From Clostridia bacterium (GTDB lineage Bacteria > Bacillota > Clostridia > UMGS1883 > UMGS1540), in the NCBI GenBank assembly GCA_045533905.1, contig JAZSIR010000006.1, positions 1 to 64,000 of the forward strand: a DNA stretch of 64,000 nucleotides, in the 5' to 3' direction. The position numbers and the translations under genes were made by a program. Shown here piece by piece: positions 34,016 to 44,660 of the stretch (position 1 is the first letter of the stretch; the number at the start of each line of letters is the position of its first letter). The notes under the pieces were generated by a model that saw only the letters and a program-made list of their open reading frames with translations, ran no database searches and was not told the DNA's origin.

Positions 34016-36520
34016 ATGAAACTTTTGATTTTGGACGGAAACAGCATCATAAACCGCGCCTTTTACGCCCTCGGAAACCTCACCGCGGCGGACGGGCTCC
34101 ACACCGGCGGTATTTACGGCTTTTTGGTCACCTTTCTCAAAACGATGAAGGAGGAAGCGCCCGATGCGGTGGCCGTGGCCTTTGACCTGCCGGCGCCCAC
34201 CTTCCGCCATAAAATGTATGCAGAATATAAAGCCACGCGGCACAAAATGCCCTCCGAGCTCGCCGAGCAGCTGCCCGTTCTGAAGGAAGTGCTCCGTGCG
34301 ATGCAGGTGCCGATTTTGGAGCTTTCCGGCTATGAGGCCGATGATATTATCGGCACGGTGGCACGCCTTTGCGAAGAAAATGACACCGATTGCCGTATTC
34401 TTTCGGGAGATAGGGACGATTTACAGCTTATCACCGATAAAACGCACGTTCTTCTCACCACCTCCCGCGCCGGCAAAACGGAAACGGTTTTATATGATAC
34501 GGCCGCCGTTTTCGAAAAATACGGCGTTTCGCCTCGAGCGCTCATCGAAGTGAAAGGGCTTATGGGGGATAGTTCCGACAATATCCCGGGTGTTCGCGGC
34601 ATCGGCGAGAAAACGGCGCTCTCTCTCATTCAGAAATATGAAACGATTGAAGGCGTGTATGCGCATCTCGATGAAATCCGCGGCGCGCAGAATACAAAGC
34701 TTTCCGAAGGGCGCGATATGGCCTTTTTAAGCCGCGAGCTCGGCACGATTTGCCGCGAGGTGCCGCTAGAAACATCGATTTCGGATCTTTCGGTTAAGCC
34801 CTACCTTGAAAAAGAACTCGCCGCGCTTTTCCGCCGTCTCGGCTTTCGCGCACTTCTTTCTGAACTGGATCTTCCCGAAGAAGAGGAAGCACCCACGTTT
34901 TCTGCCGACTGTGCGGCGTATGACGGGTCGCTCAAAACCGCTTCCCGCATCTTCTTCGTATATGCAGAAAACACCTACTATATGACGGCAGGCGAGGCGG
35001 TCTTTTCCCTTTCGGAAGAGGAGGCGCTGCCGCTTCTTACAAACGAAAACATCGAAAAAGTAGGGCACGGCATAAAAGAGACGGCCGTGCGGCTTCTGAA
35101 AAACGGGCACACACTCTGCGCCGCGTATGGCGACACGGCGCTTGCGGCGTATATTCTGGAGCCTTCCGCGGCGAGCTATCCGCTCTCTGCGCTTTGCCGC
35201 GCGTATCTTGGAAAAACGCCCGAAACGCCTGTGGCTTCTGCCGCACTTTTGCCCGCACTTTTCTCGGCACTCCTTGCAAAAATGGAAGAAAGAGAGCAGA
35301 CAAAACTTTTCTTTGACCTTGAAATGCCCACCGCGCTCGCGCTCTCTAAAATGGAGCACGTCGGCGTTTTGGCGGACGGGGAGATGCTTTTAGAGCTTTC
35401 CGAGTCGCTTTCCGAAAGCATTTCGGGGCTTGAAACCGCAATTTATGCCGCGGCAGGGGAGGTTTTCAATATGCAGTCCCCCCGCCAGCTCGGCACGATT
35501 TTATTTGAAAAACTCGGCCTTCCGCCTTCCAAAAAGACGAAAACAGGGTACGCGACAGACGCCGCAACACTCGAAAAACTGCGCGCCAAGCACCCGATTA
35601 TTGAAGATATTTTAGAATACCGCCAGCTTGCAAAGCTGAAATCCACGTACGCCGAAGGGCTGCGCCCGATGATTTCCGCCGAAACGGGGCGGATTCACTC
35701 CACGTTCCACCAGACGGTAACGGCCACGGGGCGCCTTTCCTCGTCCGACCCGAACCTTCAGAATATTCCGACGCGCACGGCCCTCGGCCGCGAAGTGCGG
35801 CGCGTATTTACGGCAAAAGAAGGCTTTACGCTTGTGGATGCCGACTATTCGCAGATTGAACTGCGCGTCCTTGCGCATATGGCAGGGGATACGCGGATGC
35901 AGGAAGCGTTTTTATCGGGCGCCGATATTCACACAGACACCGCTTCCGAAATTTTCGGCGTGCCCGATTTTATGGTCACCCCCGAAATGCGCTCCCGCGC
36001 GAAAACGATAAACTTTGGCATTATTTACGGGATGGGGGACTTCTCTCTCGCGACCGACCTTAAAACCTCGCGAAAAGAAGCGAAGGCGTATATCGACCGG
36101 TATTTTGAAACCTTCTCGGGCGTGCACAGCTTTATGGAGGAAACGAAGGCGTTTGCCCGCGAAAACGGCTATGTAAAAACAATTCTCGGGAGAAGGCGGT
36201 ATATTCCGGAGCTCGCCTCGTCAAACTTTAACATCCGCGCCTTTGGCGAGCGCGTGGCGATGAACGCGCCGATTCAGGGGAGCGCCGCCGACATCTTAAA
36301 GGCGGCGATGCTTCGCGTAGGCGCGGCGCTGGAAAGAGAAATTCCCGAGGCCAATCTTATTTTGCAGGTGCATGACGAGCTTATCGCCGAAGTCCCAGCA
36401 GAAAAAGCAGAACTTGCCGCAGAAATTATGAAGCGCGAAATGGAAGGCGCGTTTTCGCTTTCCGTTCCGCTTCTCGTAGAAGTCGGCATCGGCAAAAACT
36501 GGTGTGACGCCAAGGCGTAA
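34016..36520 (+). CDS. polA: DNA polymerase I
   Basis: 5'-3' exonuclease ([19 protein letters not shown]) and [14 protein letters not shown] motifs. Confidence 0.97.
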   Translation: MKLLILDGNSIINRAFYALGNLTAADGLHTGGIYGFLVTFLKTMKEEAPDAVAVAFDLPAPTFRHKMYAEYKATRHKMPSELAEQLPVLKEVLRAMQVPILELSGYEADDIIGTVARLCEENDTDCRILSGDRDDLQLITDKTHVLLTTSRAGKTETVLYDTAAVFEKYGVSPRALIEVKGLMGDSSDNIPGVRGIGEKTALSLIQKYETIEGVYAHLDEIRGAQNTKLSEGRDMAFLSRELGTICREVPLETSISDLSVKPYLEKELAALFRRLGFRALLSELDLPEEEEAPTFSADCAAYDGSLKTASRIFFVYAENTYYMTAGEAVFSLSEEEALPLLTNENIEKVGHGIKETAVRLLKNGHTLCAAYGDTALAAYILEPSAASYPLSALCRAYLGKTPETPVASAALLPALFSALLAKMEEREQTKLFFDLEMPTALALSKMEHVGVLADGEMLLELSESLSESISGLETAIYAAAGEVFNMQSPRQLGTILFEKLGLPPSKKTKTGYATDAATLEKLRAKHPIIEDILEYRQLAKLKSTYAEGLRPMISAETGRIHSTFHQTVTATGRLSSSDPNLQNIPTRTALGREVRRVFTAKEGFTLVDADYSQIELRVLAHMAGDTRMQEAFLSGADIHTDTASEIFGVPDFMVTPEMRSRAKTINFGIIYGMGDFSLATDLKTSRKEAKAYIDRYFETFSGVHSFMEETKAFARENGYVKTILGRRRYIPELASSNFNIRAFGERVAMNAPIQGSAADILKAAMLRVGAALEREIPEANLILQVHDELIAEVPAEKAELAAEIMKREMEGAFSLSVPLLVEVGIGKNWCDAKA

Positions 36521-36536
36521 AAAAGGGGAGAGAAAG

Positions 36537-37109
36537 ATGCGAATCTGGCTTACAGGCGGCAGCGGCAGCGGCAAAAGCGAAGTGGCGGCGCTGTTTCGAG
36601 CGCGCGGCTACAAAGTCGTGGATGCAGATGCCATCGCCCGCACGGCTTCTCGGCAGGGGAGCCGTGCTTTAGAGGAAATAATCGCGACTTTTGGGGAAGA
36701 ATTTCTTCTTCCCTCGGGCGAGCTTGACCGCCGCGCCCTCGCGAATGTCGTTTTTGCAGATGATAAAAAGCTTTCCGTTTTAAACGGCATTATGCATAAA
36801 TTCATTATCGAGGAAATGTGCCGCGAGGCAGAAGGAGAGAAAAACGTCGTTATGGACGCGCCGCTACCGAATACTTTCGGCGTTGCGGTGGATAAAACGC
36901 TTGTGGTCACGGCGCCCGAAAAAGTGCGCACGGCGCGCATCGTCGCGCGCGACGGCATCACCGAAGAAGAAGCGCGCCGCCGCATCGAAGCGCAAAGTAC
37001 AAACGCGGAATACATAAAAAATGCGGACGCCGTTTTACAAAACGATGGCGACCGCGCGCAGCTCTGCAAGACTGCCGAAAAGTATATAAAGGAATGGTAC
37101 ACGGCGTGA
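36537..37109 (+). CDS. coaE: dephospho-CoA kinase
   Basis: LTGGSGSGKS, DAD, LDRRAL; follows polA. Confidence 0.93.
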   Translation: MRIWLTGGSGSGKSEVAALFRARGYKVVDADAIARTASRQGSRALEEIIATFGEEFLLPSGELDRRALANVVFADDKKLSVLNGIMHKFIIEEMCREAEGEKNVVMDAPLPNTFGVAVDKTLVVTAPEKVRTARIVARDGITEEEARRRIEAQSTNAEYIKNADAVLQNDGDRAQLCKTAEKYIKEWYTA

Positions 37110-37657
37110 GAAAACGAAAACGCGGCTGTCTTTTCAGGCCGCTTCTATGGATTTTTATATTGTTTTTCCTTTTTTACGGGGCAAAATGGGGGATGCACCG
37201 CCTGTTCCCGACGCCGTACGGGGAAGAAATTTCGGCGGCGGCAGAGAAAAATGACCTTCCGCCCGCGCTTTTATACGGGCTTATAAAAGCGGAAAGCGCG
37301 TTTGACCCTATGGCCGAAAGTGCCAAAGGCGCAAAGGGCCTTATGCAGCTTATGGACAAAACGGCCGAGGAATGCGCCGAAAAAAGCGGCGCGCCGCTTA
37401 CCGACATTTTCTCGCCCGAAGAAAACATTTCGCTCGGCGCCTATTATCTCGCCTCGCTTCTTACGATGTACGACGGAAACGTGCCATGCGCCCTTGCCGC
37501 CTATAACGCCGGAAGAGGCCGCGTGGACGCGTGGCTCGAAAACCCCGAATATTCGGAAGACGGCAAAACACTTCTGAAAATTCCGTTTCCCGAAACGGAT
37601 CGGTACGTAAAAAAGGTACTTCTCTATACGAAAATATATGAGAAAAAAGGAATTTAG
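37094..37657 (+). CDS. lytic transglycosylase (SLT domain)
   Basis: AES, GAKGLMQL, AAYNAG, PFPETDRYV; the true start may be GTG 37106. Confidence 0.9.
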   Translation: MVHGVRKRKRGCLFRPLLWIFILFFLFYGAKWGMHRLFPTPYGEEISAAAEKNDLPPALLYGLIKAESAFDPMAESAKGAKGLMQLMDKTAEECAEKSGAPLTDIFSPEENISLGAYYLASLLTMYDGNVPCALAAYNAGRGRVDAWLENPEYSEDGKTLLKIPFPETDRYVKKVLLYTKIYEKKGI

Positions 37658-37776
37658 AAAACATATAAAAGGGGACACTCACGCTTGGAGTGTCCCTTTG
37701 TTATATCCCTTATATGCGACCGAATTTCACTCGCTACGAATTGCCTTGCGGCTCATGAATTGCACCTTTCGGTGCA

Positions 37777-38009
37777 TATGGAGTAAGAGCGGGAAGCGCA
37801 CAAACCACCTTTCCGCACACACCCTGACGGGCGCTTTTCGAAGCGGCCGCCGGCTCGAGGGAAGACGGCGCGGCGCGGCGGCTTGCCCGAGATAGACGAG
37901 GAAGACTTTTCGAAGAAAAGGCTTGCCGAGCGGGAAGGCGGTAAAAGCCTTTGGCTTTTAGCGGAGCGCGCCCTGTGGGGGTTGTAGGGGTGTCACATAA
38001 CACCCCTAC
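37777..38009 (+). repeat. R3 element
   Basis: Aligns with 13735-14079 and 20888-21097. Confidence 0.85.
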
Positions 38010-38043
38010 AAAAAAGAAATTTTTAACAAAAACGTACGCCTTT

Positions 38044-38745
38044 CTATAGTTTGCACCCGCTTGCTCTCTTCTCCTCTTTCACACCCTTTACATACACCGT
38101 GCCGCCCTCTACCGTAAAAGAAATATCATATGCGGCAAAATGCATTTTGTATATGCGCGCGGCATCGTCCTGATACGAGGGGCGCGGGTCCTCGGAAAGC
38201 GCAGAAAGAAGCGTTTCGCGCTTTTCGTCGGGGATTTTCGAAAGAAGCGAAGGCGGAAATTCCACCGCGAGATGATGGTCCTTTTCTCCGTCCGCATAGC
38301 CGCCTCTGGCCTCGGGAACGCTATCGGCAAACGGCAAATACGGCTTTATGTCAAAAATCGGCGTTTTGTCGAGCATATCTACGCCCGAAACGTGCAGTAC
38401 CGTGCCGTCTTTTTCCGTTTCTTCCACGGAAAGAAGCTTTACCACGGAAAGCCCGATGGGGTTTGGGCGGTAGGGCGCGCGGCTTGCAAAAACGCCTACG
38501 CGCGTATTGCCGCCAAGGCGCGGCGGCCGCACGGTGGGCGCCCATTTTTCCGTATGCGCCTCGGAAAAATCGAAAAGGAGCCACAGATGCGAAAACCCTT
38601 CTATGCCGCGAAGCGCATCCGGATTTCGGTACGGCTTTTCAAAAACGATGCGCCCGCGCGCCGCCGGCACACGTCCGCTTTGCCGCGGAATCCCGAATTT
38701 TTCTTTAAAATCTGTTTCGATATGCGCGATGGGGGTGATTTCCAT
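38044..38745 (-). CDS. tsaA: tRNA t6A37 N6-methyltransferase TrmO
   Basis: KFGIPRQ, VRPPRLGGN, RPNPIG, DIKPY motifs. Confidence 0.92.
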   Translation of the reverse strand: MEITPIAHIETDFKEKFGIPRQSGRVPAARGRIVFEKPYRNPDALRGIEGFSHLWLLFDFSEAHTEKWAPTVRPPRLGGNTRVGVFASRAPYRPNPIGLSVVKLLSVEETEKDGTVLHVSGVDMLDKTPIFDIKPYLPFADSVPEARGGYADGEKDHHLAVEFPPSLLSKIPDEKRETLLSALSEDPRPSYQDDAARIYKMHFAAYDISFTVEGGTVYVKGVKEEKRASGCKL

Positions 38746-38758
38746 AGGAAGTCTCCTT

Positions 38759-39115
38759 TTAGTTTTGGTTTTTCTTTGCGGTGTTAATGGAGGAAATAAG
38801 CACTCGCTTTATCAAAAGGCAGTCCTCAACTAAAGACTTACCCTCTTCCATTGTCACCAGTCCGGCTTTCATAAGCAATCGCAACCAATATTCAGTTTCA
38901 GCTGTTTCTTTCAGTGCAATATGTAATTTCGATATAAAATCCGCTTTACTTTGTCCATAATTTGCTTCGTTTATGTTCGCGCCGATACTTGTCCCACTTC
39001 TGACAATCTGTTTCGAAATAATCGTTTCCTTTTTCGTTTTTACAAGATATCTTTGTAATTTCAATATTCTTGCCGCGAAATCGATGGATTTTTCAATTAA
39101 TATGTTCTCTTTCAT
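38759..39115 (-). CDS. four-helix-bundle protein (TIGR02436 / 23S-IVS family)
   Basis: QIVRSGTSIGANINEA, SKADFISKLHIALKE, ETEYWL; AT-rich relative to neighbours. Confidence 0.92.
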   Translation of the reverse strand: MKENILIEKSIDFAARILKLQRYLVKTKKETIISKQIVRSGTSIGANINEANYGQSKADFISKLHIALKETAETEYWLRLLMKAGLVTMEEGKSLVEDCLLIKRVLISSINTAKKNQN

Positions 39116-39159
39116 CTTCATCACCAAAAATAGTATATCATTTTTTGTAAAGAAGTTCA

Positions 39160-39263
39160 ATTATTAATTATTCATTAGCCATGCGACTTCATCATTCATT
39201 ATTCATTAAAAAATCCTGTCGCGTTAAATGAATAATGAATAGTGAATAATGAAAAATGAATAA
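39160..39263. repeat. inverted arrays of TGAATAA-type heptamer repeats
   Basis: TTCATTATTCATT on the left and AATGAATAATGAATAGTGAATAATGAAAAATGAATAAT on the right. Confidence 0.8.
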
Positions 39264-39303
39264 TACAAAACAAAAATCCTATCTTTCGACAGGATTTTTG
39301 TTT

Positions 39304-39380
39304 TGGTGGGCCCTCAGGGACTCGAACCCGGGACCATTCGGTTATGAGCCGAATGCTCTAACCAACTGAGCTAAGGGCCC
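39304..39380 (-). tRNA. tRNA with CAT anticodon, probably tRNA-Ile2
   Basis: GGGCCCTTAGCTCAGTTGGTTAGAGC...CT-CAT-AA...CCA; body resembles Firmicutes Ile2 rather than fMet. Confidence 0.9.
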
Positions 39381-39433
39381 TTATAGGGAGCAAACCGTTT
39401 TCTATCCGCCCGTTCTCCTTCGCACCTTCCCTC

Positions 39434-39541
39434 GGGGTCCCCGAAAAGCCGACGGCTTTTTGGGGAGAAGGAGGAGTAAGGAAGTGGATGGATGTTTCCA
39501 CCGTATGGTGGAAACGGAATCAAACGTACTTTACTCCGACG
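39434..39541 (-). repeat. R2 element abutting the 3' CCA of tRNA-Glu
   Basis: CGTCG begins at the base after CCA on the minus strand; same layout as 13925 and 29391. Confidence 0.8.
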
Positions 39542-39616
39542 TGGTGACCCCTACGAGAATCGAACTCGTGTTACCGCCGTGAAAGGGCGATGTCTTAACC
39601 GCTTGACCAAGGGGCC
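39542..39616 (-). tRNA. tRNA-Glu(TTC)
   Basis: GGCCCCTTGGTCAAGCGGTTAAGAC...CT-TTC-AC...CCA; TTGCAA-17-TATACT promoter at 39676-39648. Confidence 0.96.
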
Positions 39617-39684
39617 ACGAAGTGCCCGAAAGGCACTTGCAGGGTACAGTATACCATATATTTTCTGAAATTGCAACCCTTTTT

Positions 39685-40776
39685 TTATCGGCCGCTGTAT
39701 TTTTCGATACGCGCAAGAATCCTTTCGGCGGCATCGCCGGAAAGCGGCGTCGGCTTATAATCGTTTCTGTCGGTGCGGGATGAAATGCGGCAGGGAATGA
39801 TATTGCTTTTCCACGCGCCCGTCATTTTCCCGTCCAATGTTTCACGTGAAAGCTGATAAATAAAGCAGTCTTTATCACTCGGGTTATGATTGCCGCCAAA
39901 GCAGAAATTGCCGAGGCTATACACAATCTCGCGCCCTTTGTATTCCTCAATCCCTTGTATTACGTGCGGATGGTGCCCGATTACGCCGTCGGCACCCATA
40001 TCAATCGCATACCGACCGATGGCTTTTTGCACATCGTAGGGGTAATGCTCGCCCTCAAGCCCCCAATGAAAGCTCATAAATACCGCGTCGGCACCGCCCG
40101 CGCGGAGCGTGTCGATCGCCTTTTTTATATTCGCGCGCACCTCGCCGTCATCATACCAGATGGAGAACGCGGCGTAGCCTATGTAGGTTTCGTCTGCCTT
40201 CTTTTCGCGCCCCTCGCGCACCTCCTCTGTTTTTTCGGGAGAGACGGCAAAAAGAGCATATTTACTGCCCGCGGCGTACGCGATTTCCGCTTCTCGCATG
40301 GCCGCCGCCGTATCACGGTACCCTTCCTCAAGAAAATCATACGTATGATTATTCGCAAGGGAAACGACCTCAATATCGCCTGCCTTTAAAATCTCCGTAT
40401 AGTGCGCGGGGCCTTTGAAGGTGTAGGCTTTCTCGGCGCGCACGTCACTTTCCGTGAGCGTGCCTTCAAAATTTACGAAGGAAATCGTGTCCTTTTCAAA
40501 AATCGGGCGCACATTTTCAAAAAAGTACGCGTGATTTTCCCCTTCAATCGCAAATCTTTCGTGAAAGCTGCCCGCATACGAAAAGCGCGGGTCGCTTCCG
40601 AGTGTGCAGTCGCCACCGAAGGAAAGCGTTATCGTATCTCGTACGGGGGGCGGCGGCGTCTCGACCACGGCTACCGGTGCCGCCTTCCTCTTCGCGGCGA
40701 GAATGCCGCCGAAAATACCTAAAGCGAGCGCTACCGCAGCTGCGGTAGCGCACAAAATCAGCTTTTTATTTCTCAT
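39685..40776 (-). CDS. CapA-family metallophosphoesterase
   Basis: GGDCTLG, NFEG, LANNH, HWG, GHHPH, YSLGNF motifs; N-terminal TM. Confidence 0.9.
   Translation of the reverse strand: MRNKKLILCATAAAVALALGIFGGILAAKRKAAPVAVVETPPPPVRDTITLSFGGDCTLGSDPRFSYAGSFHERFAIEGENHAYFFENVRPIFEKDTISFVNFEGTLTESDVRAEKAYTFKGPAHYTEILKAGDIEVVSLANNHTYDFLEEGYRDTAAAMREAEIAYAAGSKYALFAVSPEKTEEVREGREKKADETYIGYAAFSIWYDDGEVRANIKKAIDTLRAGGADAVFMSFHWGLEGEHYPYDVQKAIGRYAIDMGADGVIGHHPHVIQGIEEYKGREIVYSLGNFCFGGNHNPSDKDCFIYQLSRETLDGKMTGAWKSNIIPCRISSRTDRNDYKPTPLSGDAAERILARIEKYSGR
39838..39853. promoter_or_regulatory. degenerate parS site
   Basis: TGTTTCACGTGAAAGC, 14/16 match to parS, inside the capA-family gene. Confidence 0.55.
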
Positions 40777-42041
40777 TTCTCAATGACATCGGTGCCCATG
40801 TAGGGAATAAGCGCCTCCGGCACGCGAACGCTGCCATCGCCGTTTTGGAAGTTCTCCAAAATCGCGGCAACCGTTCTGCCAACGGCCACGCCCGAGCCGT
40901 TCAAAGTATGCACGAGCTGTGCTTTGCCGTTTCCGTCGCGGAAGCGGATGGAAGCGCGGCGGGATTGGAAGTCCTCAAAGTTACTGCAGGAGGAAATTTC
41001 CACGTATCTGCCGTAGCTCGGCATCCAAACTTCAATGTCATATTTCATAGCGGCCGTAAAGCCAAGGTCGCCAACGCAAATCTTTACAACGCGGTACGGA
41101 AGACCAAGCCCCTTAAGAACGCTTTCGGCGTCACGTGTCAGCTTTTCGAGCTCTTCATAGGAATCCTCGGGGCGGGTAAACTTTACAAGCTCTACCTTAT
41201 TGAACTGGTGCTGGCGGATAAGGCCGCGCGTGTCGCGCCCGGCGCTGCCGGCTTCGGCACGGAAGCAGGCAGAGTAGGCGGCGTGCTTTATCGGCAGGTC
41301 TGCGCCGTCTAAAATCTGTTCGCGGTAGAGGTTTGTAACCGGTACTTCCGCCGTCGGAATAAGGAAATACTCGGTGCCGCTTACTTTGAAGGCATCTTCT
41401 TCAAACTTCGGCAGCTGGCCTGTGCCGACCATACTGTTTCTGTGCACCATATAGGGCGGGAGAATTTCGGTGTAGCCGTTTTCTCTTGTGTGCTTATCGA
41501 GGAAATAGCTGATAACGGCGCGCTCGAGGCGTGCGCCGAGGCCGCGGTATACGGTAAAGCGCGTACCTGTGATTTTACCGGCCGAAGCAAAATCCAAAAT
41601 CCCAAGGTTTTCGCCAAGGTCCCAGTGTGCTTTCGGCTCAAAGGGGAACTCGGTCGGTTCGCCGAACTTGCGAATTTCCACGTTATCTTCGTCCGTATCG
41701 CCGTCCGGCACGGTCGGGTTCGGGATGTTCGGGATGGAGAGCATTCTCTTCTGCAGCTCTTCCTCCACCTCTCGCGTTTCGGCGTCAAGGCTCTTTACCT
41801 TTTCGGAAATTTCACGCATTTCGGCAAAGATAGCCGTTGTGTCCTCTCCGTTTTTCTTCATCTTCGGAATTTCCTTCGAAACCTCGTTCTGGCGGGCTTT
41901 CATCTGCTCGGCTTCAAAAAGAAGCTCGCGGCGCTTTTCGTCAAGGGCGAGTACCGCGTCGATATCCACGTCTTCCTTACGGCGTGCAAGTGCCGCCTTG
42001 ATTTCTTCGGTTTCTGTACGTAATCTTTTAATATCCAGCAT
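40773..42041 (-). CDS. serS: seryl-tRNA synthetase
   Basis: [32 protein letters not shown]. Confidence 0.97.
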   Translation of the reverse strand: MLDIKRLRTETEEIKAALARRKEDVDIDAVLALDEKRRELLFEAEQMKARQNEVSKEIPKMKKNGEDTTAIFAEMREISEKVKSLDAETREVEEELQKRMLSIPNIPNPTVPDGDTDEDNVEIRKFGEPTEFPFEPKAHWDLGENLGILDFASAGKITGTRFTVYRGLGARLERAVISYFLDKHTRENGYTEILPPYMVHRNSMVGTGQLPKFEEDAFKVSGTEYFLIPTAEVPVTNLYREQILDGADLPIKHAAYSACFRAEAGSAGRDTRGLIRQHQFNKVELVKFTRPEDSYEELEKLTRDAESVLKGLGLPYRVVKICVGDLGFTAAMKYDIEVWMPSYGRYVEISSCSNFEDFQSRRASIRFRDGNGKAQLVHTLNGSGVAVGRTVAAILENFQNGDGSVRVPEALIPYMGTDVIEK

Positions 42042-42055
42042 TTTTGTCCCTCTCC

Positions 42056-42484
42056 TTAGTCTAAGTTTCTCGTAATTTTGGATTTTACATGGATGTAACG
42101 GCTATGAATACGCGGCTTTAAGATCGTGGGGTCTACCTTGTCGAGAACGCGCTTTGCGTCTCTCCAGTCCCCGCTTTCACAAAAGCCGTCCGCTTCATAA
42201 ATCGCTTCTACCGCATCGGCGTAGGCTTCCTCGCCGAGTCTGTATTTATCAAGCTCCTCGGAAAGCTGGCGGTTCTTTTCCTCGAGGCCTGCAATCGTTA
42301 CCGCATTTTTCGTTTTCGCTTCGTTCAGCGCGGCGTTCTCCGTCTGGAGCGTCTGCACGCGGCTTTCATAATTTTTGTTTGCCTGCCTGTAATCCGTCAT
42401 CGCAAAACTGAGTAGCACAAGCACAAGTGCTACGGTAAACAGGATGATGGTGTAGATCCAGAAAGACTTCGTTTTCGTGTTCAT
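42056..42484 (-). CDS. hypothetical membrane-anchored coiled-coil protein
   Basis: N-terminal TM then coiled coil; between parB and serS. Confidence 0.75.
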   Translation of the reverse strand: MNTKTKSFWIYTIILFTVALVLVLLSFAMTDYRQANKNYESRVQTLQTENAALNEAKTKNAVTIAGLEEKNRQLSEELDKYRLGEEAYADAVEAIYEADGFCESGDWRDAKRVLDKVDPTILKPRIHSRYIHVKSKITRNLD

Positions 42485-42603
42485 TTTTGTCCACCCTTTC
42501 AAGAAAAGCGCCAAATTTATCTTCTGCGCAATTTTCTTCCTTTTTAATATACATTTACCAAATTTTCAACTTCCGCCCCACAGAGGCGCATTTTGAAAGT
42601 CGG

Positions 42604-43446
42604 TTAAATTCCAAATTTTTCCATAAGTCGTTCAAATTCACCTTCGCCCGCGTAGGAAATCTCAATTTTACCCTTTGTGGCATTGCCGCTGATGCGAACG
42701 CGCATCCCGAGTTTCGTTGAGAAGCGTTCTTCCATATCGCGGATTTCGGCGGTGTATTTTACGGGTGCGCGCTTTTCGGGGCGACCGAGGCTTACGAGGC
42801 GTTCAAGCTCTCTTACCGAAAGCCCTTCGGCGATAACTTTTTCGGCGAGAGCGAGCTGCTCGGCATCGGGGGCGGCGAGAAGGGTTCTGGCGTGCCCTGC
42901 GGAAAGCTTGCCGTCCCGCACCAGCGCGCGTACCGGCTCTTTCAGCGCCAGAAGGCGGAGGGCATTGGCCACGGCGCTTCGGCTCTTGCCGATTTTCTGG
43001 CTGATTTCCTCCTGCGTCATCCCATATAAATTCATAAGGTTTCGAAACCCGTCGGCTTCTTCCATCGGATTTAAGTTTTCACGCTGCAGGTTTTCGATGA
43101 GGGCAATTTCGCTTGCCGTTTTCTCGTCATATTCCCGCACGATGGCCGGAATTTCACGAAGCTCTGCCATACGGGCGGCACGCCAGCGGCGCTCGCCTGC
43201 AATAATCGTATAAAAGCCTTTTTCGTTTTTGGCAACCACAATCGGCTGAATGATGCCGTGCTCCCGAACGGAAGCGGCGAGTTCCGAAAGGGCTTCGGGA
43301 TCAAACGTTTTACGCGGCTGTGCAAGGTTCGGCTCTACTTCCGTAATCCGGAGAGAAACGACTGCATCGCCTTCTATCTCCGCACGCTGTACGGGGTCCG
43401 AAATAAAAAGTGCATCGAGCCCTTTTCCAAGTCCTCCTATTGCCAT
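42604..43446 (-). CDS. parB: chromosome partitioning protein ParB/Spo0J
   Basis: GLGKGLDAL, QPRKTF, IAGERRWRAA, ENLQRENLN. Confidence 0.95.
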   Translation of the reverse strand: MAIGGLGKGLDALFISDPVQRAEIEGDAVVSLRITEVEPNLAQPRKTFDPEALSELAASVREHGIIQPIVVAKNEKGFYTIIAGERRWRAARMAELREIPAIVREYDEKTASEIALIENLQRENLNPMEEADGFRNLMNLYGMTQEEISQKIGKSRSAVANALRLLALKEPVRALVRDGKLSAGHARTLLAAPDAEQLALAEKVIAEGLSVRELERLVSLGRPEKRAPVKYTAEIRDMEERFSTKLGMRVRISGNATKGKIEISYAGEGEFERLMEKFGI

Positions 43447-43462
43447 GCGTTCCCTTCCTTTC

Positions 43463-44233
43463 TTATGCATTTTCTTCCCTCTCCAGTATTTCAAGTGCTA
43501 AATCCCTATAGCTTTCCGCGCCGCGGCTTGACGGGTCATACACAATCACCGGCTGCCCGAAGCCAGGGGCCTCGGAAAGGCGCACGTTGCGCGGAATAAT
43601 CGTGCGGTACACCTTTTCGGGGAAAAACTTCTTTACTTCATCCACAACCTGAATGGCGAGATTCGTGCGCGAGGAGAACATCGTCATCAGAACCCCTTCA
43701 ATCGTAATATCGGGATTCAGAATTTTCTTTACGCGCTTAATCGTCGCCGTCAGCTGGCTGAGGCCTTCGAGGGCATAATACTCGCACTGAATCGGCATTA
43801 AAACCGAGCCGCACGCGGCCAGAGCGTTGAGTGTGATAAGACCGAGAGACGGCGGACAGTCGAGAAAAATATACTCGTAGTCCTCTTTGACAGGCTCGAG
43901 CGCCTCGCGCAGGCGATACTCACGCGCCATCACGCTTACAAGCTCAATTTCCGCGCCGGAAAGCGCAATGCTGGACGGGCAGACCGAAAGATTCGGAAAT
44001 GCCGTCTTTACAACAATATCTTCCATTGCGGCGGAGCGGACGAGAATATCATAAATGGAATTTTCAATCGTGCGGTTATCAATCCCGAGGCCGCTTGTGG
44101 CATTCCCCTGCGGGTCCATATCCACAAGGAGCACGCGCTTGCCCGTTTCTGCAAGGCAGGCTGCGAGATTCACGGCCGTAGTTGTCTTGCCGACGCCGCC
44201 CTTCTGATTTGCAATCGCAATAATTTTTGCCAT
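43463..44233 (-). CDS. parA: ParA/Soj ATPase
   Basis: [32 protein letters not shown]. Confidence 0.96.
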   Translation of the reverse strand: MAKIIAIANQKGGVGKTTTAVNLAACLAETGKRVLLVDMDPQGNATSGLGIDNRTIENSIYDILVRSAAMEDIVVKTAFPNLSVCPSSIALSGAEIELVSVMAREYRLREALEPVKEDYEYIFLDCPPSLGLITLNALAACGSVLMPIQCEYYALEGLSQLTATIKRVKKILNPDITIEGVLMTMFSSRTNLAIQVVDEVKKFFPEKVYRTIIPRNVRLSEAPGFGQPVIVYDPSSRGAESYRDLALEILEREENA

Positions 44234-44280
44234 GGGAAATTCCTTCCTTTTCAGTTTGTGTTTCCATTATAGCACAGAAA

Positions 44281-44335
44281 TGTTTCACGTGAAACAAAAA
44301 ATGCAAAAAAAATAAAAAATGTTTCACGTGAAACA
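44281..44335. promoter_or_regulatory. two perfect parS sites
   Basis: TGTTTCACGTGAAACA at 44281-44296 and 44320-44335. Confidence 0.95.
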
Positions 44336-44489
44336 ATTTGCCGCTTTCCGGTGCCCATTTTTTGCCCTTGTTTTTCGCCTCTTTTTCCGGTAGAATTTTC
44401 TTAAAAATTCCTCGCATTTTTTTCTTTTTTTTCTTGCAAAAAAAGGTTTTTTTTGGTATACTATAAAAGGATAGGTACGGTGGCTCTTT

Positions 44490-44600
44490 TTCCCGCTTTT
44501 CCACACGGTTTCCCGTGTTTTTTCACTTTTCCGCCGAGTTATCCACATAAAACAAGCTATTTTTGCCCGTTTTTATTAAGTTTTCCACATCCTCTGTCAG
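44490..44600. other. oriC part 1: DnaA boxes upstream of dnaA
   Basis: TTATCCACA at 44539; TTTTCCACA at 44497 and 44581. Confidence 0.8.
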
Positions 44601-44660
44601 TAGTTTTCCTACTTTTCCGCGGGCATTTTACCATTATTTTTTGAAAGGATTTTACATAGT

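Noticed and set aside
38759-39115. Diversity-generating retroelement suggested by an Avd-like fold
   Set aside because: No reverse transcriptase and no TR/VR pair seen in the window
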